Shown piece by piece: positions 49,215 to 57,699 of a stretch of DNA of 64,000 nt. Position numbers and translations under genes: made by a program. Positions within the stretch are counted from its first letter, which is position 1, and the number at the start of each line of letters is the position of its first letter. The notes beneath the pieces were generated by a model. That model ran no database searches, was not told the origin of the DNA, and saw only the letters and a program-made list of their open reading frames with translations. This DNA comes from an uncultured Gemmatimonadales bacterium (GTDB lineage: Bacteria > Gemmatimonadota > Gemmatimonadetes > Longimicrobiales > RSA9), in contig OY970192.1 of the NCBI GenBank assembly GCA_963708135.1, forward strand, positions 288,001 through 352,000, given 5' to 3'.

Positions 49215-49677
49215 ATGTCGTTTCTCGATGACACGTCGGACTTGTCGTGGACGATCTATAGGGAGGCTGACCGTGCCGAAGCGCGTCGCTTCCTCCAAGA
49301 TATGATCGGCACACATCATCCGGACTGGCTCGAACGGCCTGTTGGGCCTCTAGGTCTCCAGTGGACATCCGGCGGGCCTGCACCAGCCTGCGAAGTCATC
49401 GCGGTATGCCGAACTCGGTGTGGGTGCGCTCTTCGCAACGCGCGCCGGGCCTGTGTCTCTCGATCCCTTGGTTCCGAGCGAACTGATCAATGATCCCCAC
49501 AGGCGCCCGCGGTCTCCCGACTTCGGTATCCGCCTCCCCGACGCGGACGTCCTCATCGAAGTTACCACTTTCCACTCCGACGTACTCGGCCCGCGGATGC
49601 CTGCACCCGTTTCATTCGTTCAGTTGGTGGACGCGGGCGCGTCGTTCCGGGACGGTAAGCCGACGCCTTCCGGCTGA
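49215..49677 (+). pseudogene. Degraded lower-GC foreign gene remnant with a PD-(D/E)-like motif
   Basis: Two overlapping short frames: MSFLDDTSDLSW... and ...RSPDFGIRLPDADVLIEVTTF. Atypical composition. Confidence 0.35.
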
Positions 49678-49858
49678 GGAAGGTCGAAGAAGGACACCCC
49701 AGAGCCAGTTGATGGGGCGGTGTGGGCTAATGCCTTGAAGACGAATGGGAGGTGCGGGGCTTCGGCGGTTTCCCCCATCAGCGTTTCCGGAGGGACAAAC
49801 GCTCCGGCCTCTTTCGTTCGCGCCGAGATGCCTCTGTCCGTCCCAGGGTAGGCCGGAA

Positions 49859-49902
49859 TTGTCATTCACGGCATGAATGATTATCATTCACGTCATGAAT
49901 GG
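49859..49902 (+). promoter_or_regulatory. Leaderless-type promoter covered by two tandem palindromes
   Basis: TTGTCA(49859)-17nt-TATCAT(49882); TCATTCA-N5-TGAATGR at 49862 and 49884. Confidence 0.75.
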
Positions 49903-51121
49903 ATCACCCCTGCCCCGACTCGCCCAGGCCGCCGTGGCGGCGGCGCTGCGCGCCATGCCCGCGGTGGTGGTTACGGGCGCGCGACAGACGGGGAAGAGCA
50001 CCCTGGTCCGTGCGCTCGAGCCCGGGCCTGATCGTCCGTACTTCACCCTGGACGACCTGGATGTTCGGGACCAGGCGCTACGGGACCCGGAGGCGCTGGT
50101 CGGGCGGACAGAGCGGATGACGCTGGACGAGGTGCAGCGCGCGCCGGACCTGCTGGTGGCGGTGAAGCGGGCCATCGATGAGCGGCGGGAACCGGGCCGC
50201 TTCGTGCTCACCGGCTCGGCGAACCTGCTGCTCATGAAGGCGGTGAGCGAGTCGCTCGCCGGCCGCGCCACATACATCACGCTGCGGCCGATGACGCGGC
50301 GGGAGCAGCGGGGGCTGGGACGAGCCGGGCTCTGGCGTGAGCTGCTGGAGTCCAGGGAGAAGGACTGGCCGGCCGTCCTGGCGCGCCACGACGCGGGCCG
50401 CGAGGACTGGCGCGCGCTCGCGCGGCGCGGCGGCTATCCCACGCCGGCCGTCGCCATGCGGTCCGCGGAGCAGCGGGCGTACTGGTTCGACGGCTACGTG
50501 GCGACGTATCTCGAGCGGGACCTGCGGGAGCTGTCCGCGATCTCCTCGCTTCCGGACTTCCGGCGCCTCATGGGCGCGGCCTGCCACCGGCTGGGGCAGC
50601 TCGTGAACCAGACGGAGCTCGGGCGGGATGTGGCGTTGCCGCAGCCGACGGTGCACCGCTGGCTGGCGCTGCTGGAGACCTCCTACCAGCTCGTGCCGCT
50701 GCCGGCGTTCAGCGTGAACCGCACGAAGCGGCTGATCAAGACGCCGAAGCTCTACTGGGGCGACACGGGGCTCGCCCTCCACCTCGCCGGCGGCATCGAG
50801 CCCTCGGGCGCCCACCTGGAGAACCTCGTGCTCCTCGACCTCCTGGCCTGGCGTGACACGGTGCCCTCGCCGATCGGTGTCTTCTACTGGCGCACGGCGT
50901 TGGGGCAGGAGGTCGACCTGGTGGTGGAAGCCGGCCGGGAGCTCCTCCCCATCGAGCTCAAGGCGACGGGCCGGCCGCGCGTCCCGGACGCCGATGCGCT
51001 GCGCAGCTTCCGCAGGGAATACGGCGACCGTGCGCGTGCCGGGCTCCTGCTCCACGGCGGCGCCACGATCGAATGGCTGGCGCCGGATGTCCTGGCGGCG
51101 CCGTGGTGGGCGGTGGTGTGA
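49895..51121 (+). CDS. AAA_14 ATPase with DUF4143 / C-terminal nuclease-like domain
   Basis: Walker A GARQTGKS, Walker B LDEVQ, TGS, ESLAGR, GGYP, PKLY, EVD..IELK. Confidence 0.9.
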   Translation: MNGSPLPRLAQAAVAAALRAMPAVVVTGARQTGKSTLVRALEPGPDRPYFTLDDLDVRDQALRDPEALVGRTERMTLDEVQRAPDLLVAVKRAIDERREPGRFVLTGSANLLLMKAVSESLAGRATYITLRPMTRREQRGLGRAGLWRELLESREKDWPAVLARHDAGREDWRALARRGGYPTPAVAMRSAEQRAYWFDGYVATYLERDLRELSAISSLPDFRRLMGAACHRLGQLVNQTELGRDVALPQPTVHRWLALLETSYQLVPLPAFSVNRTKRLIKTPKLYWGDTGLALHLAGGIEPSGAHLENLVLLDLLAWRDTVPSPIGVFYWRTALGQEVDLVVEAGRELLPIELKATGRPRVPDADALRSFRREYGDRARAGLLLHGGATIEWLAPDVLAAPWWAVV

Positions 51122-51161
51122 CCGGCACCTTCGCGTCCGCATGCCGGCGCCGGGAGGACGC

Positions 51162-51653
51162 TTACCCCCACCCCTCGTCCGCCGTCGGCCCGTACACCGA
51201 GGGCACGGGCACGTCGAGCAGCCGCAGGTAGACCGTGAGCTGGCCGCGGTGGTGCGCCAGATGGCTGATGGTCGTGCGCACGACCAGCGCGCGCGGCTGC
51301 GTCATGAGCACGCGGTCGCCGTGGCGCAGCGACCAGTCCTCGGCGTAGTCCTCGTCCTCCGACGCGGCAATGGCCTCGCGGGCGGCCGCGGCGTTCCGGT
51401 CGAACCCCCCTAGCAGCGTCTCCGTCGTCTCCGTCGAGTAGCCCTCGGCGGCGCCGAGGTCGAGCGACGGCTCGGCCAGCATGTTGGCGATCCAGCCCGG
51501 CATCCACGACACGAGCTGCGCCAGGTGCGCGAGCGAGAACGACTTCGGGTGCGGCTTCCACTCGCCCTTCTCGCTCGGCACGCGCTCGAGCACCCGCCGC
51601 GTGATCTCCATCTCCTGCTCGAAATCGGGGAGCAGCGTTTCGGCGACGGACAT
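51162..51653 (-). CDS. DinB family protein
   Basis: WKPHPKSFSL..LA.L, SHLAHHRGQLTVYLR..VPSVYGPTADE. Confidence 0.9.
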   Translation of the reverse strand: MSVAETLLPDFEQEMEITRRVLERVPSEKGEWKPHPKSFSLAHLAQLVSWMPGWIANMLAEPSLDLGAAEGYSTETTETLLGGFDRNAAAAREAIAASEDEDYAEDWSLRHGDRVLMTQPRALVVRTTISHLAHHRGQLTVYLRLLDVPVPSVYGPTADEGWG

Positions 51654-51670
51654 GGTTCCTCCCGGTCGGA

Positions 51671-52591
51671 CTATGGGTTGCTTCGCTCCAGCGCCACCCG
51701 GTCCCAGCCGCCCAGCTCGGCGGCCGCGATGTAGGTCTGCAGCAGAAAAGACTCGAGCAGGGAATCGGGATCCCCGGCCGTCCGGACGGCGTCCCAGGGC
51801 AGGATCCACTCCCGCAGCTCGGGCTGGTAGTAGGCGCCGGGGACGGTGAGCGGCCACGTCGCATACCCCTCCGGCTCCGGGTAGGCGTACGAGTAGAACG
51901 CGGGCTCCGGCAGCGCGTCGCTGCCGGGCCAGAAGCCGGCGCTGCTGACCTCGTGCGAGTACGCCTCGCGGACCACCCAGTCGGCCATGTTCGGGACGCC
52001 GCCCGGGTGCTCCGGCGCGCGACGGCCCGAGAAGCGCGTCACCGCCAGGTCGAAGCCGCCCCAGAAGAAGTGCACGGGGCTCGACTTGCCCAGGAAGGCG
52101 CCCCTGAACGCCCGCATCATGCGGTCCGCCTGCAGCAGCACGTGCAGGAAGGCACGAGCGTGGGCCGCGTCGAAGGTGCGGTGCGACTCGTCGCGTTCGA
52201 ACGGGATCGCGTCCTCCACCTCCTGTGGCCGCGTCCAGATGCGCACGGGCAGCCCCAGCCCGTCGAGCGCCGCGATCGTCTCCCGGTAGAACGAGGCGAC
52301 GGAGCGCCCCGCGAGCCCCAGCGCGCGCACGTTCCCCTCGCCCGTCAGCACCCGTAACTCGCCATCCAGGAGGTCGAGGTCGATCTGGAACACCCGCGTC
52401 CCGTGCGGCATCAGGGACGTCGTGAGCCCGCGCGGGGTGACGTAGAGCGTCGTGCCCCACCAGTGGTTGACCATCGGCCCGCACGCCAGCCGGATCTTGC
52501 CCACCACCTGGGTGATCATGTGCAGCGTGGCATACGTGTCGCGCCATGCCTCGAGCGGCAGTGGCGGCCAGGCGGGCTTCGATTCCGCCAT
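51671..52591 (-). CDS. DUF5996 family protein
   Basis: W.DTYATLHM.TQVVGK.RL, NHWW, GKSSPVHFFWG.FDLAVTRFSGR, AYSHEVSSAGFWPG. GGAGG RBS. Confidence 0.85.
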   Translation of the reverse strand: MAESKPAWPPLPLEAWRDTYATLHMITQVVGKIRLACGPMVNHWWGTTLYVTPRGLTTSLMPHGTRVFQIDLDLLDGELRVLTGEGNVRALGLAGRSVASFYRETIAALDGLGLPVRIWTRPQEVEDAIPFERDESHRTFDAAHARAFLHVLLQADRMMRAFRGAFLGKSSPVHFFWGGFDLAVTRFSGRRAPEHPGGVPNMADWVVREAYSHEVSSAGFWPGSDALPEPAFYSYAYPEPEGYATWPLTVPGAYYQPELREWILPWDAVRTAGDPDSLLESFLLQTYIAAAELGGWDRVALERSNP

Positions 52592-52746
52592 TGCGTGACC
52601 TCCGATAATGAGTGGGATGGCCGACGCTTCCGCGCCCGGCGTGCCGGAGTGGGAGAGTGGGGGAGTGGGGGACCGGGCGACGTTGCCGCCGGCCGCGGGT
52701 GCATCGGCCATTCCGCCCGCCTGGCGGCCGGCAGCTCCATTGCCGA

Positions 52747-53028
52747 TCATATCCGGACCTGAGCCGTCCCCTCGTCGATCGCGTCATCGATGTAGCACCA
52801 GCGCCAGTGCTCGCCGGGCTCGAGGGAGCGGACGACCGGATGCTCGGTGGCGTGGAAGTGCTTGGTCGCGTGGCGGTTGGGCGAGGAGTCGCAGCAGCCG
52901 ACGTGCCCGCATTCCTCGCACAGCCGCAGGTGCACCCACCAGCTGCCCATCGCCAGGCACTCCTCGCAACCGTTCGGTGTGCGCGGCTCCGGCTCCTTCC
53001 GCCGCTCCAGGTGCTCGCAGATCGCCAC
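52747..53028 (-). CDS. UBP-type zinc finger protein
   Basis: CEHL..GCEECL..WVHLRLCEECGHVGCCDSSPNRHATKH..WCY.D. GAGGAGG RBS before GTG. Confidence 0.9.
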   Translation of the reverse strand: MAICEHLERRKEPEPRTPNGCEECLAMGSWWVHLRLCEECGHVGCCDSSPNRHATKHFHATEHPVVRSLEPGEHWRWCYIDDAIDEGTAQVRI

Positions 53029-53406
53029 GGTGCCGTCCTCCTCGGGATCCGAGCGCAATGTAGCAGGCCCGGCAAGGGGGCGGTGGTCCGCGCGCCGGCG
53101 GCCGGGGCGGTTGGGGGGGCGGGGTTGGCCGGCGGGCGTGGGCGGGGTCGGCTGGGGCGGTGGGGGGGCCGGCGGCCGGGGCGGGGGCGGCGGTGGCCGG
53201 GGCGGGGCGAGCGAAATCGGGAAATGGAGGTCTGCGCGGGGCACCGAATCCCGATTTCGATCGGGTTCCGAGTCGAACTCGCGCAACGGACCGGTGGTGG
53301 GCCTGTCGCGAGGCCCGCTATTGCTCGGTTTCCGAGACGAATCGGGATCCCGGGCGGACCGCCTGTGTCGAGTGCGCGATTCTGATCGCCCGCCCACCGC
53401 GCTCAC

Positions 53407-53456
53407 CCGCATACAGCCTTGTATCCCAGAGCGCTGCCCGCTAGTATTGCCTACAA
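53407..53456 (+). promoter_or_regulatory. Promoter bracketed by GntR-like boxes
   Basis: CCGCATACAG(53407)-CC-TTGTAT(53419)-17nt-TAGTAT(53442), with TTGCCTACAA (53447-53456) overlapping the last -10 base. Confidence 0.65.
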
Positions 53457-53688
53457 TATCGGGGGGCCGGGCCCCGAGCGCGGGAGGCGCGGAGCCGGGC
53501 CCGCGCCCGGATCCGCGCCCCAGCCCCGGGCCCCGGATCCGCGCCCCGGCCCCGCGCCCGGGGGCCGCGCCCCGGCCCCGCGCCCGGATCCGCGCCCCAG
53601 CCCCGGGCCCGGGTCCCGAGCGGGAGGCGCGGCCCCGAGCCCTGAGCCACAGCCGCGCCCGCAGCCCCGAACCCCGGAGACGACCTCC

Positions 53689-55386
53689 ATGCGCAGGATG
53701 CTTCCCCTCGCCGCCGCCGCCGCCCTGGCCGTCCTCCTCCTCGCCGCCTGCGCGCGCGGGCCGACCTACGACGTCGTCATCCGCGGCGGCACGGTCTACG
53801 ACGGGAGCGGCGCGGAGCCGGTGCGCGCGGATGTGGGGATCCTGGGCGACAGCGTGGCGGCGGTCGGGGATCTGTCGGGGGCGCAGGCGGACCGGGTGGT
53901 GGACGCGGCGGGGATGGCGGTGGCGCCGGGCTTCATCAACATGCTGTCGTGGGCGGTGGAGCCGCTGATCGCGGATGGGCGCTCGCAGAGCGACATCCGG
54001 CAGGGGGTCACGCTGGAGGTGTTCGGCGAGGGGGACTCGTGGGGGCCGTGGTCGGACAGCATGAAGGTGCTGATGAAGGCGCAGCAGGGGGACATCAAGT
54101 ACCCGATCTCCTGGACGACGCTGGGCGAGTACCTGGACTTCATGCAGAAGAAGGGGGTGAGCCCGAACATCGCGTCGTTCGTGGGGGCGGCCACGGTGCG
54201 GGAGGACGTGGTCGGCTTCGACGACCGCGCGCCGTCGCCGGCGGAGCTGGACTCGATGCGCGCGCTGGTGGACCGGGCCATGGAGGAGGGCGCGCTGGGG
54301 GTCGGCTCGGCGCTGATCTACGCGCCCGGCACGTACGCGAAGACGCCCGAGCTCGCGGCGCTGGCGAAGGAGGCCGGGAAGTACGGCGGCATGTACATCT
54401 CGCACATGCGCAGCGAGGGGCCGTTCTTGCTCGAGGGGGTGGATGAGTTGCTGACGATCGCGAAGGAGGCGAACGTGCCGGCGGAGATCTACCATCTGAA
54501 GGCGAGCGGTCGCGAGAACTGGGGCAAGATGGACGCGCTGATCGCGAAGGTGGACTCGGCGCGCAAGGCGGGGCTGCACATCACGGCGGACATGTACATG
54601 TACCGCGCGGGGGCGGCGGGGCTGGATGCGGCGATGCCCACGCGGGTGCAGGAGGGCGGGCTCGAGGCGTGGCGCAAGCGGCTTCAGGACCCCGCCATTC
54701 GCAAGCGGGTGGTGAGCGAGATGCGCTCGAAGCCGGTCGGCTGGGAGAGCCTGATGCAGCAGTCGGGCTCGCCGGACCAGGTGCTGCTCATCGCCTTCAA
54801 GCAGGACTCGCTCAAGTACCTGACGGGCAAGACGCTGGCCGAGGTGGCGAAGATGTGGCACGAGAGTCCGGAGGACGCGGCCGTCGATCTGGTGATCAAG
54901 GATGACTCGCGCGTGGGCACCGCCTATTTCATCGCCAGCGCCGACAACCTGAGGAAGCAGGTGGCGCTGCCGTGGGTCAGCTTCTGCTCCGACGAGGGCT
55001 CCTACGCGCCGGAGGGCGTGTTCCTGAAGTCGAAGCCGCACCCGCGCGCCTACGGCACCTTCGCCCGCGTGCTCGGCAGGTACGTCCGCGACGAGCATGC
55101 CCTCACGCTGCAGGCCGCCATCCACAAGCTGGCGGGCCTGCCGGCGACGAACCTCAAGCTGCGCCGCCGGGGCTTCCTCAAGCCCGGGTACTACGCCGAC
55201 GTCGTCGTCTTCGACCCGAAGACCATCCAGGACCACGCCACGTACGACGAGCCGCAGCAGTACGCCACCGGCATGAAGGACGTGTTCGTGAACGGCGTCC
55301 AGGTGCTGAAGGATGGCGAGCACACCGGCGCCACGCCGGGCCGGGTCGTGCGCGGTCCGGGGTGGAAAGGGTGGTCGAAGAGCTGA
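53689..55386 (+). CDS. N-acyl-D-amino-acid deacylase (D-aminoacylase) family amidohydrolase, lipoprotein
   Basis: Lipobox LAAC; IRGGTVYDGSG, QGVT, SHMRSE, IYHLK, SD, PHPRAYGTF, ADVVVFD, TGATPGR. Confidence 0.9.
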   Translation: MRRMLPLAAAAALAVLLLAACARGPTYDVVIRGGTVYDGSGAEPVRADVGILGDSVAAVGDLSGAQADRVVDAAGMAVAPGFINMLSWAVEPLIADGRSQSDIRQGVTLEVFGEGDSWGPWSDSMKVLMKAQQGDIKYPISWTTLGEYLDFMQKKGVSPNIASFVGAATVREDVVGFDDRAPSPAELDSMRALVDRAMEEGALGVGSALIYAPGTYAKTPELAALAKEAGKYGGMYISHMRSEGPFLLEGVDELLTIAKEANVPAEIYHLKASGRENWGKMDALIAKVDSARKAGLHITADMYMYRAGAAGLDAAMPTRVQEGGLEAWRKRLQDPAIRKRVVSEMRSKPVGWESLMQQSGSPDQVLLIAFKQDSLKYLTGKTLAEVAKMWHESPEDAAVDLVIKDDSRVGTAYFIASADNLRKQVALPWVSFCSDEGSYAPEGVFLKSKPHPRAYGTFARVLGRYVRDEHALTLQAAIHKLAGLPATNLKLRRRGFLKPGYYADVVVFDPKTIQDHATYDEPQQYATGMKDVFVNGVQVLKDGEHTGATPGRVVRGPGWKGWSKS

Positions 55387-55454
55387 GGGGGGGAGTGGGG
55401 GAGTGGGGGAGTGGGTGATGTTCGCGGCGGCCGAACGTTCCCGGGGCCGTGTCT

Positions 55455-56552
55455 TCAGGAAGCTTTTCGGATGGCCGCGATGAGCTCCTGCTTGGACATC
55501 GCGCTGCGCCCCGGAATGTCCAGGTCCTGGGCCCGCTCGTAGAGCGCTGTCTTCGTCTCCTTCTTCAGCTCGGCGGCCGAGGGCGCCGCGCGGTCACCTC
55601 GCGCCGCCGCGTTGCCGCCGACCGTCGTCGCCGCCCGCTGGCCGGCGGCGCGCCGCCTGGCCGCGCGCTTCGGCCGCTTCGCCTTGCCCTCGGCGGCGCG
55701 CAGGCTCTGCTTGATCACCTGCATGAGGTCGATCACGCCGGCCTCGGCCTCCTCCTCCTCCTCCTCGACGGGCTCGGGCGCCACCACGTCCTCTCCCTTC
55801 CGCTTCTTCCTGCGCACGAGGTCGATCAGGCGGCGGGCGGCGTCGTCCTCGAGCTCGGTCGTCTCGATGTCCGGCTTCTCGAGCTTGCGGATCGTCTTCT
55901 CGAGGCGGCGCCGGGCGGCGACGTCGCCCTTGCCGGTCCCGGGCAGGCCGACGGCCTCCGGCGCGCGCACCTCGTCGGCGAAGCGCAGCGTCTCGGCGCG
56001 CAGGATGCCGTTCTCGGCCAGGATGGCGACGAGGTACTCCTTGCCGCGCATGACGAAGGTCGCGATGCCGGCCCGGCCGCGCTTCTCCATCGTCTCCGCC
56101 AGCAGCCGGTAGGCCTTGGTGGACTCGCCGCCGGGCGTGAGGAAGTAGGCGCGCTCGAAGAGGATCGGGTCGATCTGCTCGGCGGGCACGAAGCGGCGCA
56201 GGTCGATGTCGCGCGAGCGCTCGGGGGCGAGGGCCTCGAGCTCGTCGTCGGAGACGAGGACGAAGCGGCCGTCGTCGAGCTCGTAGCCGCGCACGATCTC
56301 CTCGGGCGGCACGTCCTTCCCCGTCTCCGGATCGTAGTAGCGGCGCCGGAGGGGCGTGCCGTCGGGGGCGAGCATGCGCAGCGAGACGCGCTGCGACCGG
56401 TTGGCGGGGAAGAGGTTCACCGGAATGCTGACCAGCCCGAAGGTGATCGTCCCGGACCAGAAGGCGCGGGCGCGGACCTCGTCCTCGTCGAGCGCGTCCG
56501 TCGCACGCCGGCGGTGGCTCTGGCGGACGGCGCCCGTCTCGTCACGCGGCAT
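55455..56552 (-). CDS. ku: Non-homologous end joining protein Ku with basic tail and Rho-N-like C-terminal domain
   Basis: RAFWSGTITFGLVSIPV, IVRGYE, YFL.P, AY.LL, MRGKEYL, VIDLM..IK.SL; C-terminal TK.ALY.RA..LDIPGRS.MSK.ELI. Confidence 0.92.
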   Translation of the reverse strand: MPRDETGAVRQSHRRRATDALDEDEVRARAFWSGTITFGLVSIPVNLFPANRSQRVSLRMLAPDGTPLRRRYYDPETGKDVPPEEIVRGYELDDGRFVLVSDDELEALAPERSRDIDLRRFVPAEQIDPILFERAYFLTPGGESTKAYRLLAETMEKRGRAGIATFVMRGKEYLVAILAENGILRAETLRFADEVRAPEAVGLPGTGKGDVAARRRLEKTIRKLEKPDIETTELEDDAARRLIDLVRRKKRKGEDVVAPEPVEEEEEEAEAGVIDLMQVIKQSLRAAEGKAKRPKRAARRRAAGQRAATTVGGNAAARGDRAAPSAAELKKETKTALYERAQDLDIPGRSAMSKQELIAAIRKAS

Positions 56553-57330
56553 GGCGGCCCTCCTTCGCGCGGGCCAGGCTGGCCTCGAGCACGCCCGCGA
56601 GCGACTCCTCCGCCGCGGCCGGCTTCTCCTTCGGCCGCTCCAGGCGCACCGTCTTGCCGCTCGCCTTGGCCTCGATCAGCTCGAGCACGCGGTCGCGGTA
56701 GTCGTCGCGGTAGGCGGCGGGGTCGAAGTCGGCCTCGAGCGCCTCGATCAGACGCCCGGCCATCTCGACCTCCTTGCGGTCCGGCGCGCGCCCGCCCGGC
56801 CGCGGGAGCGCCGAGACCGGGACCACCTCGCCCGCGTGGCGCAGCGTGATCAGCATCAGGTGGTCGCCCTCCAGGCGCAGCGCCCCGACGTACTCCTTGC
56901 CCCGCATCACCCAGCGCGCGACGCCCTCCTCGCCGGACTTCCGGAGCGCCGCGACGAGCGCCGCGTACGCCCCTTCGTCGCCATCCGGGCCCAGGAAGTA
57001 GGGGCGGTCGTACCAGCGGTGGTCGATCTTCTCGGGCGGCACGAAGCGGGTGATCTCGACGTCGCGCGAGGGCTTCGGCTCGACCTCCTCGAGTTCCTCG
57101 GGCTCGAGGATGACGAAGCGGCCGTCGTCCAGCTCGTAGCCGCGGCGGATCTCCTCGTACGGGACGACCTCATCCGTGCGCGGGTTCACCATGTGCTGCT
57201 TCACGGGGGTGCGGTCCCTCTCGTCGAGGAGGCGGAAATGGACCGTGCGGTCCTCGACCGCCGAGTACAGCTTGACGGGCACCGTCTCGCCGCCGACGCG
57301 CAGCACGGCCTTCCAGATCGCGCGCGCCAC
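56542..57330 (-). CDS. ku: Non-homologous end joining protein Ku (short, core only)
   Basis: MARAIWK, VPVKLYSA, RRGYE, PYFLGPD, FDP..YRDDY, L...LEASL; overlaps the downstream ku. Confidence 0.92.
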   Translation of the reverse strand: MARAIWKAVLRVGGETVPVKLYSAVEDRTVHFRLLDERDRTPVKQHMVNPRTDEVVPYEEIRRGYELDDGRFVILEPEELEEVEPKPSRDVEITRFVPPEKIDHRWYDRPYFLGPDGDEGAYAALVAALRKSGEEGVARWVMRGKEYVGALRLEGDHLMLITLRHAGEVVPVSALPRPGGRAPDRKEVEMAGRLIEALEADFDPAAYRDDYRDRVLELIEAKASGKTVRLERPKEKPAAAEESLAGVLEASLARAKEGRHAA

Positions 57331-57333
57331 CGC

Positions 57334-57549
57334 TCAGCCCTCCGTCCCGCCGGCCGGCGCGCAGTCGGGGCAGAACACCTCGGCCTCGGCACGCACGACC
57401 ACGACGCACAGGGGGCAGACGGGGCCGTCGCAGGCGACGCAGCGGTACTCCACCTCCACCGCGTAGCGCTGCAGGCAGTGCTCGCAGACGTGCCAGCCGC
57501 CCGCCAGCCACCAGGGGCGGCGCTGCTGCTCGGTGGTTTCCCCTTCCAT
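57334..57549 (-). CDS. Small four-CxxC zinc-binding protein
   Basis: 71 aa with CEHC, CVAC, CPLC and CPDC. GGAGG RBS; ends 3 nt before the ku start. Confidence 0.75.
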   Translation of the reverse strand: MEGETTEQQRRPWWLAGGWHVCEHCLQRYAVEVEYRCVACDGPVCPLCVVVVRAEAEVFCPDCAPAGGTEG

Positions 57550-57699
57550 CGCTTGCCTCCCCGCTGCGGAGCGTTCCGGAGCGGGGAGGAGGCAAAATCC
57601 CTGCCGACGGCGGGGCGTTGCGAGCCCCGGCCAGTCCGGGGCGGTCGCCGCGTCGGCGGGAACTCCGGAGCGTGGCGGGTGGCGAGGAGGTCCGGCCCC

